IMG/VR virus record: IMGVR_UViG_3300028394_000038
Origin: a virus
Length of the DNA: 64,000 nt
Direction: 5' to 3' (one strand)
Part shown: positions 1 to 11,100 of the stretch, piece by piece
Position numbering within the stretch: the stretch's first letter is position 1
Layout of the letters: every line of letters starts with the position of its first letter
Notes under the pieces: generated by a model
What the model was told of the DNA's origin: nothing
Databases searched by the model: none
Seen by the model: only the letters and a program-made list of their open reading frames with translations
Program-made: the position numbers and the translations under genes

Positions 1-1064
1 CAGCACGTGATGTAATTCAAGCCATGATGAAATCCGCCACTAAAAAAGAGTGGAATGGCTGGTACCGTCGCATCCTTATTAAAGACCTGCGTTGCGGAAC
101 TAGTGAAAAAACCATCAACAAAGTAGTGGAGAAGAAATATGCTGACTATGCTATTCCTGTATTCAGTTGTCAGCTTGCTCACGATAGTGCTAATCATGAG
201 TCAAAGGTATCAGGTAAAAAACTCATCGAAGTTAAGCTCGACGGAGTTAGAGTTATTACTATTGTACGGTGTGATGGTCGGGTGGATATGTTCAGTCGCA
301 ATGGTAAAGAACTTGTTAATTTTCCGCACATTGTAGAACAAATTAGTACAGTAGTTAAAAAAGCACCCCCTAAATATGATCTAGTGCTAGACGGTGAGAT
401 TATGAGTAGCAGTTTTCAAGACTTAATGACACAGGTGCATCGCAAGAGTGATGTCAAGGCTAATGATGCGATTTTAAATCTATTTGACATGTGTCCATTG
501 ACTGCCTTTGAACAAGGTACTTGGGATAAAAGTCAGACCCTTCGCAGTCAAATGGTGCAGGCATGGGTAGAAAAGAATCACACAGACTTACCTAATGTTA
601 CTTGTCTTGCCAACGAACTAGTTGATTTAGATACTGCCAAAGGTCAGTTGCGTTATAAAGAAATCAATGCACAGGCAGTCACAGGCGGATATGAGGGCAT
701 TATGATTAAAGATCCAGAAGCTGGATACGAATGTAAGCGTAGTGTAGCGTGGCTTAAACTTAAACCATTTATTGAAGTCTCTTTGGAGGTTAAAGATGTT
801 GAAGAAGGTACAGGAAAAAATGTTGGACGTCTCGGCGCTCTTGTTTGCGAAGGTGTTGACGATGGTAAATCTATTTCAGTCAATGTGGGAAGTGGTTTTA
901 CTGATGATCATCGCATTGAGTTTTGGGCTAGCAGGACTTTACTCCCTGGCAACATTGTAGAAGTCCGTGCAGATGCAGTAACACAGAATCAGGACGGTAC
1001 ATATAGTTTGCGTTTTCCACGTTTCAAAGGATTCCGTGGTTTTGAACTAGGAGAAAAGATATGA
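1..1064 (+). CDS. lig: ATP-dependent DNA ligase (5' end probably outside the window)
   Basis: Motif I EVKLDGVR, LDGE, EGIMIK, WLKLKP and OB-fold end SLRFPRF. The frame is open from the window edge to the ATG at 24. Confidence 0.95.
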   Translation, partial: ARDVIQAMMKSATKKEWNGWYRRILIKDLRCGTSEKTINKVVEKKYADYAIPVFSCQLAHDSANHESKVSGKKLIEVKLDGVRVITIVRCDGRVDMFSRNGKELVNFPHIVEQISTVVKKAPPKYDLVLDGEIMSSSFQDLMTQVHRKSDVKANDAILNLFDMCPLTAFEQGTWDKSQTLRSQMVQAWVEKNHTDLPNVTCLANELVDLDTAKGQLRYKEINAQAVTGGYEGIMIKDPEAGYECKRSVAWLKLKPFIEVSLEVKDVEEGTGKNVGRLGALVCEGVDDGKSISVNVGSGFTDDHRIEFWASRTLLPGNIVEVRADAVTQNQDGTYSLRFPRFKGFRGFELGEKI

Positions 1065-1261
1065 CAGAAATCAGTAGAGTCTCTGCTCAAAATGCAGAGA
1101 TTCAAAAACAGATAGAGATTAAAAAACTAGACAAACGGCACGAGGAACTTCGTATTGAAGAACAACGTGTCAAATTAAATCTCAAAGATAATGAAGAAAA
1201 ACGAATTGAAATGAATCGCCGGATGAATCGTCCGGGACAAAATATAGATAGGATAGCATAA
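1061..1261 (+). CDS. hypothetical coiled-coil protein (66 aa)
   Basis: ATGA overlap with the ligase stop, GGAG upstream, charged helical sequence. Confidence 0.7.
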   Translation: MTEISRVSAQNAEIQKQIEIKKLDKRHEELRIEEQRVKLNLKDNEEKRIEMNRRMNRPGQNIDRIA

Positions 1262-1869
1262 TGAAACAAGAACTAGACGCATTGCTATGCGAGAAGTATC
1301 CTAAGATGATGATCAACCGCAACAAGGACATGAAAGAAACTTGTATGTGTTGGGGCTTTGAATGTGGCGATGGTTGGTACAATATCCTTAATCAACTCAT
1401 GGGTAATATCCAGCATCACATTGATTGGAAAGAGAAACAGCACAACTGGGCTGTCAAGTATAACGAAATGGCACAGGCTGGTAAGAGTGGTAACACAGAA
1501 CTGTTTGCTGATTTGGTAGCCAAGGAGTATGCAGACAAGCCAACCATCAGTGCAGACTACATCCGTGAACGTTGCGAAGACATGATTAAAGATCCGCTAC
1601 GTGATGTTCCAGAACTTGTTCCCCAGGTAACATTGGACCAAGTTAAAGAAAAGTTTGGCACACTACGTTTTTACTACACAGGCGGTGATGACTATATTAG
1701 CGGTATGGTTACTATGGCAGAAGCTATGAGTGGCTGTACTTGTGAAGGGTGTGGTAACCCTGCAAAAACACATGGTCCGGGCTGGATTAGAACTATTTGC
1801 GGACCTTGTGAAGAAAAGCGTGAAGCTGAACGTGCCAAATACGCAAAGCAAAATGGCTTTGAAGAATGA
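1261..1869 (+). CDS. conserved phage hypothetical protein with C-terminal CxxC...CxxC Zn ribbon
   Basis: Motifs GFECGDGWY, QVKEKFGTLRFY and CEGCG...CGPC. Translationally coupled to the upstream gene. Confidence 0.8.
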   Translation: MKQELDALLCEKYPKMMINRNKDMKETCMCWGFECGDGWYNILNQLMGNIQHHIDWKEKQHNWAVKYNEMAQAGKSGNTELFADLVAKEYADKPTISADYIRERCEDMIKDPLRDVPELVPQVTLDQVKEKFGTLRFYYTGGDDYISGMVTMAEAMSGCTCEGCGNPAKTHGPGWIRTICGPCEEKREAERAKYAKQNGFEE

Positions 1870-1882
1870 CGCACAGGGGCAC

Positions 1883-2206
1883 TTGGGTGTCAAATCAGTA
1901 AAGCCCACGTTTGAGGTTATGGTAATAGATGGCTTTGCACATCGAATCCACAAAACAGTAGTACACAAGTTTACAATGGGCGATGTTGAAGATCCAGACT
2001 TGTATGCCGCTCAGCCATTATTGGATTGGCAACAAAGCGAAATGGGCGAATGGATTATGGCTAGAGCAGTGGATACCCCTGAATGGCATAGACATGCTGA
2101 TGTAATGAGCTACGGATATCAATATGCAGTTGTTGCCAAACTAAAAGAAAAAGATTACACCTATTGGATTCTTAAATGGGGTAATGATGTTGACAAAAAA
2201 CGTTAA
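1883..2206 (+). CDS. hypothetical protein (start uncertain: TTG 1883 or ATG 1919)
   Basis: 3' part of the 1730..2206 ORF, with a GDVEDPDLYAA motif. The 5' part overlaps the previous gene and is probably not translated. Confidence 0.65.
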   Translation: MGVKSVKPTFEVMVIDGFAHRIHKTVVHKFTMGDVEDPDLYAAQPLLDWQQSEMGEWIMARAVDTPEWHRHADVMSYGYQYAVVAKLKEKDYTYWILKWGNDVDKKR

Positions 2207-2218
2207 ATGTAGTATAAT
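2190..2218 (+). promoter_or_regulatory. sigma70 promoter, perfect consensus, probably leaderless transcript
   Basis: TTGACA (2190-2195), 17-bp spacer, TATAAT (2213-2218). The ATG at 2225 is 7 nt downstream and has no SD. Confidence 0.85.
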
Positions 2219-2224
2219 ACTAAT

Positions 2225-3085
2225 ATGAAAATCAAACTTGTATCAGACTTGCACTTGGAGTTTAGTGATATTAACATCACTAATGACGACAACTGCGATG
2301 TCCTTATTCTAGGTGGCGACATTATGATCGCACAGGATCTACACGATCATCCAGAGTTGAGCAATACTGCCGATCAACGGGCTATTGCCGCGGGTACTGG
2401 GTTGGGTCGTAGACAAGAACGTGCTCAAAGATTCCGCGACTTTTTTAAGCGTTGTTCATTCCAGTTTCCTCATGTAATCTACATTGCAGGTAACCATGAA
2501 TTTTATAATGGAAAGTTCTATGCTGGTATTGACTACTTGCGTGAAGAGTGCGCCAAGTATCCCAACATTTACTTTTTAGAATGTGATACTAAGGTCATCG
2601 ACGATGTGACATTTATCGGCGGTACACTCTGGACTGACATGAACAAGGGTGATCCTTTGACCATGCATGCCATTGAAGGTATGATGAACGACTTCCGTAT
2701 CATTAAAAACGACAAGCGTAACTATGCTCCTATGAGTTCTAGGGACGTTGCTGGCCGCCATGCTAGAACATTGCAGTACTTTAGAAGTGTACTTGCAGAA
2801 CAGCATGACAAGAAGTTTGTTGTGGTTGGGCACCACAGTCCTAGTTTCCAAAGTGCCCATGAAATGTATAAGCATGAAACCTTGATGAACGGCGGCTATC
2901 ACAGTGATTTGAGTGAGTTTATTATGGATCACCCGCAGATCAAACTGTGGACACATGGACATACTCATCATCCGTTTGATTATGTCATTGGAGAAACCCG
3001 TGTTGTGTGCAATCCGCGCGGTTATGAAAACGATGGTTACAGCGAAGACACAGGCTGGAACCCTAATATTGTATTGGAAGTTTAA
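2225..3085 (+). CDS. calcineurin-like metallophosphoesterase
   Basis: Motifs SDLH, GGD, GNHE, GHH and HGHTH. Confidence 0.92.
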   Translation: MKIKLVSDLHLEFSDINITNDDNCDVLILGGDIMIAQDLHDHPELSNTADQRAIAAGTGLGRRQERAQRFRDFFKRCSFQFPHVIYIAGNHEFYNGKFYAGIDYLREECAKYPNIYFLECDTKVIDDVTFIGGTLWTDMNKGDPLTMHAIEGMMNDFRIIKNDKRNYAPMSSRDVAGRHARTLQYFRSVLAEQHDKKFVVVGHHSPSFQSAHEMYKHETLMNGGYHSDLSEFIMDHPQIKLWTHGHTHHPFDYVIGETRVVCNPRGYENDGYSEDTGWNPNIVLEV

Positions 3086-3086
3086 T

Positions 3087-3284
3087 ATGACCTTAGAAGA
3101 TCTACAACATATCTTTGATCGACAGATAGAAGAAGGCACAGAAAAACTGTACTTCATGCTAGTTGATGGTGATTGCATGCCTGTGATCGAACGGCATCCT
3201 AGTGGAGATTTGGCTGGCCTATTGCCCATGCTAGATCATTTTCAATATGCAGGTAATGAAGTTATGCCGAGGTTTAAAAAATGA
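3087..3284 (+). CDS. hypothetical protein
   Basis: ATG at 3087 directly after the upstream stop (MTLEDLQ...), ATGA overlap with the next gene. Confidence 0.6.
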   Translation: MTLEDLQHIFDRQIEEGTEKLYFMLVDGDCMPVIERHPSGDLAGLLPMLDHFQYAGNEVMPRFKK

Positions 3285-3721
3285 AAATTGGACTTAGTTA
3301 TAGCCGTTGCGTTAGAGATATCGTTGACGGCAAAGTGGATATTGAAGATGTTCTAATATTAATCACTCGTACGGATTTTGATCCGCATGATGACAAACAG
3401 TGGGAAGGTATTTGGATTGGCTACGGTGGTGGTACAGAAAATGCTTACAGTCGCGGATTCTTTAGTCACAGCAATCCCGAATGGGCTGGCTATGAAGATG
3501 AAGATCAGTTCCGTAGTGTCAGCATTGAACTTTGGGAGTCTGGTAAACTACATCAGCCACGCAAGTTTGGCGCACATCCTCAGCGCCGTCCTGAGATTTG
3601 GTTAGAAGCTGTATTGCCGAGCGAAGAATTGGCAAAGAACCCTGCGGCTAAAACAGCGTGGGACAAGTTTCAAATGATTGCAGGGTTGACTAACGTAGAG
3701 TTGGACGACAAGTACAAATGA
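3281..3721 (+). CDS. hypothetical protein
   Basis: Coupled ORF of 146 aa in the operon. Confidence 0.75.
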   Translation: MKIGLSYSRCVRDIVDGKVDIEDVLILITRTDFDPHDDKQWEGIWIGYGGGTENAYSRGFFSHSNPEWAGYEDEDQFRSVSIELWESGKLHQPRKFGAHPQRRPEIWLEAVLPSEELAKNPAAKTAWDKFQMIAGLTNVELDDKYK

Positions 3722-4086
3722 TTAAAGGAATATCAGCATCCGTAGGATTAACAGTATCAGGCGGCAACACCGCACTACCTTATGTTGGACCTAATACTAG
3801 TAACCCCATGACGGGTATGCTACGCATCCACAACACAGAGATCGAAGTGTTCAACGGATCAAGTTGGCAACTGATACCTAGCAGTTACGCTACTGTGAGC
3901 ATGGATCAAGAAGTACTGGACGTAATACAATGGGCACGTACTCAACGTACTATGGCCATGAACCGTTTAGCCCTTGCTCAAAAGAATCCTGCACTGATGA
4001 AAGCTCTTGAGGCAGTTAAACGAGCAGAAGATAATTTTGAGTTACTGTCAACCATTGCTGGAGAATACGAGCATGTCGAACGTTAA
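3718..4086 (+). CDS. hypothetical protein
   Basis: Coupled ORF of 122 aa. Confidence 0.7.
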   Translation: MIKGISASVGLTVSGGNTALPYVGPNTSNPMTGMLRIHNTEIEVFNGSSWQLIPSSYATVSMDQEVLDVIQWARTQRTMAMNRLALAQKNPALMKALEAVKRAEDNFELLSTIAGEYEHVER

Positions 4087-4309
4087 GATTAGATACAGCG
4101 ATCAATGTAGTGTTAAAAATGTTGCCAGTGGCAAAAGCGTTGATGCAGAAGTCATGTCCTTTAATGAAGGTCGTAACTTAACAGTAGTCCTAAACAAAAG
4201 CGTAAAGATTCTTATGAACTGGAATGGTCGTATGTATGAAGGACGTTCAGCAGGTATGGACTTTACTAGCGACGGGCCTAAAGGTCAACAATATTCGGAG
4301 GGAAGATGA
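4073..4309 (+). CDS. hypothetical protein
   Basis: ATG 4073 (MSNVKIRYS...) with GGAG upstream, ATGA overlap with the next gene. Confidence 0.65.
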   Translation: MSNVKIRYSDQCSVKNVASGKSVDAEVMSFNEGRNLTVVLNKSVKILMNWNGRMYEGRSAGMDFTSDGPKGQQYSEGR

Positions 4310-5019
4310 GCAATGTATTAGAAGTAACTGATTGGATTAAAGACTTTGAGTTAACAGCAACCTACGAAGAAAAACCCGATACTTACAAGTTTGATCTATT
4401 AGAAGCGGCTGTTGTCCTTCATGATCATGCTCCGACATTTTTAAGCATTGAGGAGTCAAGAGTATTAGATGCTATCGATCAATCAGTTAAAGATCGTGCA
4501 GAAGCCATTCGCAAGTTCTATACCAAGCAATGGTTTTGGACTTCATTGTCAAGTAATAGAAGCATGAGTGCATTTCGTCAACGTGCTCACTACCTGTTAG
4601 AAAGCCGAACTCGAGAGGTCTTGAAGAAGGATATAGGTATATATGTAAAACTACCATGGTTCTACGAAGAAGATATGATCTATAACGATTTTAAAAAGAC
4701 ATTAAAGACAACCAAAGATATTCCAACTGTTAATCACGGTAGGAACAAAGTAGAAGTTGCTATTACATTTTTAAAGACATCAAATGGCTGGCAGGGAAAA
4801 CGTCGAACAACCAAGTATTGGTTTAAAGATGACAGTGACTATCTGTATTGTATCGATTTAGAAATGACCAACCCTCTAATGAGCATGTTTGACGAAGCTG
4901 TTAAAGAACGTGGCACTTGCAAATTTGAAACACTCATTCAGACTGATCGCATTGATCAACTATATTTTTATAAACTACACCAATATAAACTCTTAAAGGA
5001 AACAAATGAAATTTCGTAA
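4306..5019 (+). CDS. hypothetical protein
   Basis: 237-aa ORF with GGAGG RBS. Confidence 0.75.
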   Translation: MSNVLEVTDWIKDFELTATYEEKPDTYKFDLLEAAVVLHDHAPTFLSIEESRVLDAIDQSVKDRAEAIRKFYTKQWFWTSLSSNRSMSAFRQRAHYLLESRTREVLKKDIGIYVKLPWFYEEDMIYNDFKKTLKTTKDIPTVNHGRNKVEVAITFLKTSNGWQGKRRTTKYWFKDDSDYLYCIDLEMTNPLMSMFDEAVKERGTCKFETLIQTDRIDQLYFYKLHQYKLLKETNEIS

Positions 5020-5290
5020 GAAGCCGGTTGTTATAGAAGCCGTACAATTTTTCTTTACAGATGAATCAGTATCGCAGTTAGAAGAATTCTGCGGAGAATC
5101 TCTAGGCAACATTCGAAAAGAGCATGATAGTAGTCCTGCTGAAGCAGAGATTCGTACATTAGAAGATGGAACCCATTTAACTGTTAAGCATATTGCCACA
5201 GAGGGCGATTGGATTATCAAGGGGGTGCAAGGTGAGTTCTATGCTTGCAAGCCAGATATTTTTGAACAAACATATGAAAAGGTAGAATAA
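5006..5290 (+). CDS. PGDYG-like phage protein
   Basis: [15 protein letters not shown] start and [21 protein letters not shown] motif, typical of this phage family. Confidence 0.8.
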   Translation: MKFRKKPVVIEAVQFFFTDESVSQLEEFCGESLGNIRKEHDSSPAEAEIRTLEDGTHLTVKHIATEGDWIIKGVQGEFYACKPDIFEQTYEKVE

Positions 5291-5291
5291 G

Positions 5292-5885
5292 ATGTCCAAT
5301 TTAGTACCAATGGTAGTTGAGTCTACTAGCAAAGGTGAACGTGCGTATGACATTTACAGTCGTTTATTAAAAGATCGCATTGTGATGTTGGATACAGATG
5401 TTAATGAGCATACTGCTAGTCTAGTTGTTGCACAAATGTTATTCTTAGAAAGTGAAGATCCAAACAAAGACATTAGTTTCTTTATCAACAGTCCAGGTGG
5501 TGTTATCACTGCTGGTATGGCCATCTATGATACAATGCAGTTTATCAAATGTGATGTACAGACTATTGTTATGGGACAGGCTTGTAGCATGGGATCATTC
5601 TTAGCTCAGGCGGGTGCGGCCGGCAAGCGTAAAATACTTCCATATGCTCGTCATATGATTCATCAACCTAGTGGCGGTGCTCGTGGTATGCAAAGTGACA
5701 TTGAGATCCAATACAAAGAGATTACCAAGATGAAAACCATCTTAACTGAACTCTATGTCAAGCATAACACTAAGGGCAAGACCTATGCTGATTTTGAGCG
5801 TGATATGGATCGAGACACATTTATGTCAGCACAAGAGTCACTAGACTACGGATTGTGTGACGAAATCATTACAAAAAGACAATGA
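5292..5885 (+). CDS. clpP: ATP-dependent Clp protease proteolytic subunit
   Basis: [18 protein letters not shown], catalytic Ser (ACSMGS), His (MIHQP) and Asp (RDTFM). Confidence 0.97.
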   Translation: MSNLVPMVVESTSKGERAYDIYSRLLKDRIVMLDTDVNEHTASLVVAQMLFLESEDPNKDISFFINSPGGVITAGMAIYDTMQFIKCDVQTIVMGQACSMGSFLAQAGAAGKRKILPYARHMIHQPSGGARGMQSDIEIQYKEITKMKTILTELYVKHNTKGKTYADFERDMDRDTFMSAQESLDYGLCDEIITKRQ

Positions 5886-6448
5886 CCATTCTATTTCAAA
5901 ATGGTTGGGAAACCGTTGAAACTTTTGACTTCAGTAGCCTAATCACTGCCGAAGATCAAAGACTTGCAATGACTGATATCGAACGAGTTATTGCTGATGG
6001 TAACTATTTTAAAAATAGTCCTGCCTATCAAACCAATATTAATGTCTTCAATCATCCTGGAGAACATTGGTTAAAGTTTAGAATGAGTTTTACATTTAGT
6101 TGCTTTATGTACCTAAAGAAAGAAGTAAAGATTGATCAAATACAAGCATGGAGTTTTATGACTTCAGATGCTGTTGTAGAGGATAGAGATAAGCTATGGC
6201 ATACTCATCAATACGGAAGCGAAAAGGCATTGTCAGGTATTTGGTATTTGCATATTCCAGATGATGTTGAGGATTGTAGCCAATGCGGTACCGAGTTTGC
6301 AATTAATGGAGTAGAGAATCCAGAACGTTGGGTAGCTGAGCCACAGGACTTTAGTTGGTTAATCTATCCGGGCAAGACTTGGCACAGGCCAATGCCTCCA
6401 CAATCAAGTAAGAACAGATTTATTATTGCCGCCGATATGGTATTTTAA
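5882..6448 (+). CDS. 2OG-Fe(II) oxygenase-like protein
   Basis: HxH (WHTH), SGIWYL, distal His (WHRP) and terminal R (NRFIIA). Confidence 0.7.
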   Translation: MTILFQNGWETVETFDFSSLITAEDQRLAMTDIERVIADGNYFKNSPAYQTNINVFNHPGEHWLKFRMSFTFSCFMYLKKEVKIDQIQAWSFMTSDAVVEDRDKLWHTHQYGSEKALSGIWYLHIPDDVEDCSQCGTEFAINGVENPERWVAEPQDFSWLIYPGKTWHRPMPPQSSKNRFIIAADMVF

Positions 6449-6455
6449 GGAATAT

Positions 6456-6761
6456 ATGACAGACATTACAGAACTAGCAGACTTTAAAGATACATGGTAC
6501 TCAACAGCCAATGAAGAGGAACGTAAACAATTCCGCAAATGGCTTTTGGGTATACTCAATATGCATGAAACAGTGGAAGTTACTTTCAAAAAAGCAGACG
6601 GAACCATTCGTGAAATGAAGTGTACACTCAAAGAAGGCATTCGTCCAGAAGTAAAAGAACCAAAAACTTCAGATACACTCTGTACGGTTTGGGCAACGGA
6701 TGTGACTGCCTGGCGCAGTTTTAAGTTCGAAAACATTACCAAAATCAATTTTAGCCTCTAA
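6456..6761 (+). CDS. SH3/Sm-like beta-barrel protein (WYL_2/DUF2693-like)
   Basis: VEVTFKKADGTIREMKCTL...WRSFK motif, AAGGA RBS before ATG 6456. Confidence 0.75.
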   Translation: MTDITELADFKDTWYSTANEEERKQFRKWLLGILNMHETVEVTFKKADGTIREMKCTLKEGIRPEVKEPKTSDTLCTVWATDVTAWRSFKFENITKINFSL

Positions 6762-6778
6762 GTTCAGCCCAAAACAGG

Positions 6779-6807
6779 TTGACAAAGTGGCCGTTTGACT
6801 ATATAAT
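6779..6807 (+). promoter_or_regulatory. sigma70 promoter
   Basis: TTGACA (6779-6784), 17-bp spacer, TATAAT (6802-6807). Confidence 0.85.
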
Positions 6808-6839
6808 ATGTTTATTGTTTAGTTAATCAGGAGCAAAAA

Positions 6840-8045
6840 ATGGCAACAAAGACAGCAACAAAAACTCGTGTAACCAAAAAGCAAGTTACAGCCCACCGTA
6901 CTCGTGCAGTTAAAGATCACAGTCCTGTTTGGGAAGGTTGCGAAACTTGGGATGACAATACATTCCACCGTCACTTTAAACGCTCAATGGATTACTATCG
7001 CTTGGAATCCGAAATTAAAACTTACAAGCCCACAGTAGTCAAGTGGATGGAGTCAGTTGGCTGTACCAAAGCTGATATCACTGCTTTTAAGAAAGTCAAA
7101 GACAATCGCATTAGTACCACAATGGGTGCTGTTGCCGCTTGTTTGAATCGCGGTATGACTCCACAACGTGCTGGTTTTAATAATGGCCGCGATACTGCCG
7201 CATGGATGAGAGCAGAGATTGTTAAAGTTCTTGCTGAAGGCAAAAACGATATCGACCCAGAAACACTTGCCGCTGAAAAAGAAGCCGCAAAGAAAGAAGT
7301 ATATACTCCAAGTATTCAAGAACGCCTGCGTGAAGTTGCATTAGGTATGACTGAAGAACTAGAAAACGCATACGAAAACTTTCAAACCGATCCAGAAAAC
7401 TTTGATCCAAAAGCATTTAAAGTTCTTAACGTGTTAAAGAGTCAGCAGGCTAAAGCCGCCCACGCTCGCATCATCCGTGATTTTTATGCTCGTGATTTAG
7501 CAGAGCTTGAGGAACTTGCCAGTGGCCAAGGTGATGAACAGTTACGTGAAGCATATAGTCATCGTAGCAAGAAGCAGATCAAAGCATTTATTGCGTTCTT
7601 AACTGAAATCCAAAATGCCTGTACAATGCTCATGCAAGAAGCCAAAGTCAATCGTGCGCCACGTGCTAAGAAAGCTGTTCCGGCCGAAAAGATTGTTGGC
7701 AAACTCAAGTACATGAAGACTAATGAACCTTTAAAGCTCGTAAGTATTAACCCTGCAGATATTTTGGGTGCAAAAGAGCTGTGGGTTTACAATACCAAGA
7801 ACCGTAAAATTGGTCGTTATGTTGCTAAAGAGTACGGAGACCTTAGTGTAAAAGGTACTAGTATTATTAACTTTGATGAAAATCTCAGCATACAAAAGAC
7901 TGTTCGCAAGCCAGAAGATAAACTCAAAGAGTTTAAAGCCGCTGGTAAGGTTGCATTGCGTAAGTTCTTAGATGACATTAATGCTACAGATACCAAGTTA
8001 AACGGCCGTCTTAACGAAGAAACACTACTGCTTAAGGTACAATAA
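6840..8045 (+). CDS. basic hypothetical protein (401 aa)
   Basis: AGGAG RBS, own consensus promoter, Lys/Ala-rich, no recognisable catalytic motif. Confidence 0.85.
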   Translation: MATKTATKTRVTKKQVTAHRTRAVKDHSPVWEGCETWDDNTFHRHFKRSMDYYRLESEIKTYKPTVVKWMESVGCTKADITAFKKVKDNRISTTMGAVAACLNRGMTPQRAGFNNGRDTAAWMRAEIVKVLAEGKNDIDPETLAAEKEAAKKEVYTPSIQERLREVALGMTEELENAYENFQTDPENFDPKAFKVLNVLKSQQAKAAHARIIRDFYARDLAELEELASGQGDEQLREAYSHRSKKQIKAFIAFLTEIQNACTMLMQEAKVNRAPRAKKAVPAEKIVGKLKYMKTNEPLKLVSINPADILGAKELWVYNTKNRKIGRYVAKEYGDLSVKGTSIINFDENLSIQKTVRKPEDKLKEFKAAGKVALRKFLDDINATDTKLNGRLNEETLLLKVQ

Positions 8046-8085
8046 AGACTGTTTATGCGTTCGTAAAACAAGTTTACAGGCATAG

Positions 8086-8092
8086 ATAAATA
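8086..8092 (+). promoter_or_regulatory. T4-like late promoter box (ATAAATA)
   Basis: ATAAATA about 20 nt before the giant structural gene. The same box precedes most structural genes in the window. Confidence 0.7.
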
Positions 8093-8112
8093 CTCTAAAG
8101 TGGAGTATTTCT

Positions 8113-11100
8113 ATGTCTGTGATTAGTGCTGACGCATTTAGAAGAATTGTTTTAGTTGATAACCTTGGTACGACCCAACCCGTTTTACGAGCAGATGACC
8201 GTAATGACGTATTAACAATCCGTGCAGGCACTGGCATTTCAATTCAGAAAGATGAAGGAGATGTAAACGCCGGATTTACAATCTATAATACAGGTGAGCC
8301 GGGACCTACTAGTATTGACGATATACTAGAAATTCCAACAATTGGAGAACGTCCACAACCAGCGGGCGTAAGCTGGAAGCCAATGGAGCTTGGTAAGTTA
8401 ACTGTTCAAGATTACTTGCCCGATAACCTAACAAAAACAACAAAGATGTTCTACACCGGACACGGTGTACAGGCTCCTACTAACAGTAGTCTCTCTTTAA
8501 CCGTTGCTGGAACAGGTACAGTTATTGTAGACGGCACTTCAGCATTGCGTTTGCCAGTTGGCGACATTGCTAGTCGTCCGGGAACTACAATTGGCACAGT
8601 ACAAGCAGGTCAAATACGTTTCAATTCCGAGATACCAAGATTTGAAGGCTATGATGGTCGAGGTTGGAACACGCTAGGCGGTGTAAGTAGTATTGATGGC
8701 GGTACAACTATTGCACCGGATCCTACATTACCCATACTAAACTTTAATGCTAACGGCTACCTAGTAGCCACAATGAGTAGCTTAAACACAAAAATCTTTA
8801 GTCCGGGACTTGTAATCCCAACTGGAACTACTGCTGAACGTCCGCCTGCTATTGTTGGACAGATTCGTTTCAATACGCAAAACACTCAGTTTGAAGGATA
8901 CAATGGTAGTGGTTGGTCAAGTCTAGGTGGGGTTCGAGACATTGATGGCAACACTTACATTGTTCCGGAACTAGGCCCAGGTACAAATGAAAATACCCTA
9001 TACTTTGTAACCAATGCCAATCTAGCTCTTACTCTAGACGGCAGTAGACTGTCTTTACAAAATGGTCGTTCTCTAATGTTTAGAGAAGGCATTGCCAGCG
9101 GCAATCAAACTGCAACTATTGCACCTCCAACAAATATTACATCAAGCTACACTCTTAAATTACCAACTAGTCTTGGATCAGCTGGTAGTGTATTAGGAGT
9201 TGATGGGTCAGGACAACTAGAATTTGTCAATGCCGATTCGAGTGCGGGTAGTAAGATCAACGTATCTGAACTATTTGGTGACGATAACAATGACGGGTTT
9301 AGTCGCCCTGTTAGAACACTAAAACGTGCATTGCAAATAGCATCAGGTTATGTTTATAGCCCAACATTTATCTATGAAGAGGAAGTATGTCGACGTGACG
9401 CTGGACTTATTATTGACAGTTTGGGTTGGGACCTAGTAACAGGATCCAACTGGAGATCTTTAAAGAGCGGACTTACTTATTTTAACGCCACAGCATTGCC
9501 TGTTATAACAACTCAACGTCCTCAAACAATACAGGCTGTTTCTTTCTTAAAACGAAAAGTATTAGACCTAGTAACAAGTGAACCAACAGTTACTACTACT
9601 CTTACAAGTTTATCAAATGAGATTATTGATATATTGACTAATGGCGTTGGTGCGGCAAATGCTGTATCAATGCCCGCACTAGCAGGTACACCTAGTGGTG
9701 TTGAAAACGCTAAGAACTTACTGTTATCTAACGCCAACTTCTTAGTAGCAGAAACTATTGCATGGATCAATTATCAAGCGGCAAACAATATTGCTCCATT
9801 TGACAAGAGCATTAGTTATGATGAGACTAAGTGTCGTAGAGATACTGGATTAATTTTAGATGCTGTAGGTTTTGACCTAGCACTAGGAACAAATTATAAT
9901 GCTGTAACTACTGGACTAGCATATCAACGATATTCTTATACAACACTACCATCACAAAAAACAGTAACCCTTTCTGCTATACAATTTGCAAAAACTAATA
10001 CTCTAGCACTTGCAGGAGTTAGTGCTGATGGAACTGCTACTACTAGAGCGGGTGCGGCATTTAATGAAATTATTGACATAATAACCAATGGCATAGTTCA
10101 AACAGCAACGGCCGCGGACGCATTAATATTCCCAACACCGACTGGAGCAAGTTCAAATAAAACTAATGCTAAAGATCAACTAATAGCCAATAAAGATTTC
10201 TTAAAAGCAGAAGTTATTGCTTGGTTAAATTTAAACTACCCGTCTGTTGGATTTGACCCTGCTCTATGCAGTCGAGATATGGGATACATTATTGATGCCC
10301 TATGTTATGATGTGTTGTATGGCGGCGATAGTGCAAGCATTCAAGTTGCTCAAACATATTTTACAGGCAGTGGCGCACAAGTATTACCATTGTTTCAAAG
10401 AGCCGCAACTGTGGCTGCATTTAATAGACTATCAGAAATTGCTCAACAGGTTATTATAAAAGACGAAGTAGTACCAACTGCTGGTAATACTGTCAGTCAA
10501 GATATTATTAACCCTGCAGGCACTACAACTGAATCGAATATAGTCTTTACACTGATCTCATATATTACTAGTTCTATTGCTAGTAATACAACTGCTGGAT
10601 TACCAAGTGTAACTTATCCATCAGTTACTTGGTCAGATGCCGGCCTACAAACTGCAAAGTCTGCTATTGCATCTGCTAGATCAACTATTATTAATGATAC
10701 TATTATTAATATTAACGCTAGCAACCCGTTTACCTATGACAGTGCCAAGTGTGCTAGGGATACTGCCTTTATTGTCAACTCAGTCGCATACGATTTAATC
10801 TACGGTGGTAACAGTCAAAGTCGAGATGCTGGCTTAAAATATTACAGTAATGTAACTGGTCTAACTCTAATTGGATCTCAAAATGCTCAAACTGCGGCGG
10901 CAATAGAAAGACTTAGAGCAGTTTCAATTCAAGTTGCACAAAATATTTCGATTGTTAAAACATCAGGTAATGCACAAAATCAAGTATCGGGTTCTGCAGG
11001 CAGTAGCGGTGCGGCTGCAATTATTTCAGCAAGGCTATCAGAAATTATATCAGTTGTTAGTGCTGGAACAAGTTATGCCCCAACATTGGTAGATCCAACA

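Noticed and set aside
1730-1882. Long 5' extension of the 1730..2206 ORF (similar extensions at 2913, 4007, 6426, 22699, 45520, 48952 and 61008)
   Set aside because: These starts overlap upstream genes or promoters. Better SD-led or coupled starts exist downstream.
2576-3229. 217-aa antisense ORF over the phosphoesterase
   Set aside because: Opposite a clear gene and has no motifs.
8046-8076. Possible hairpin after the 401-aa gene
   Set aside because: Imperfect AT-rich stem without a convincing U-tract, so not called as a terminator.
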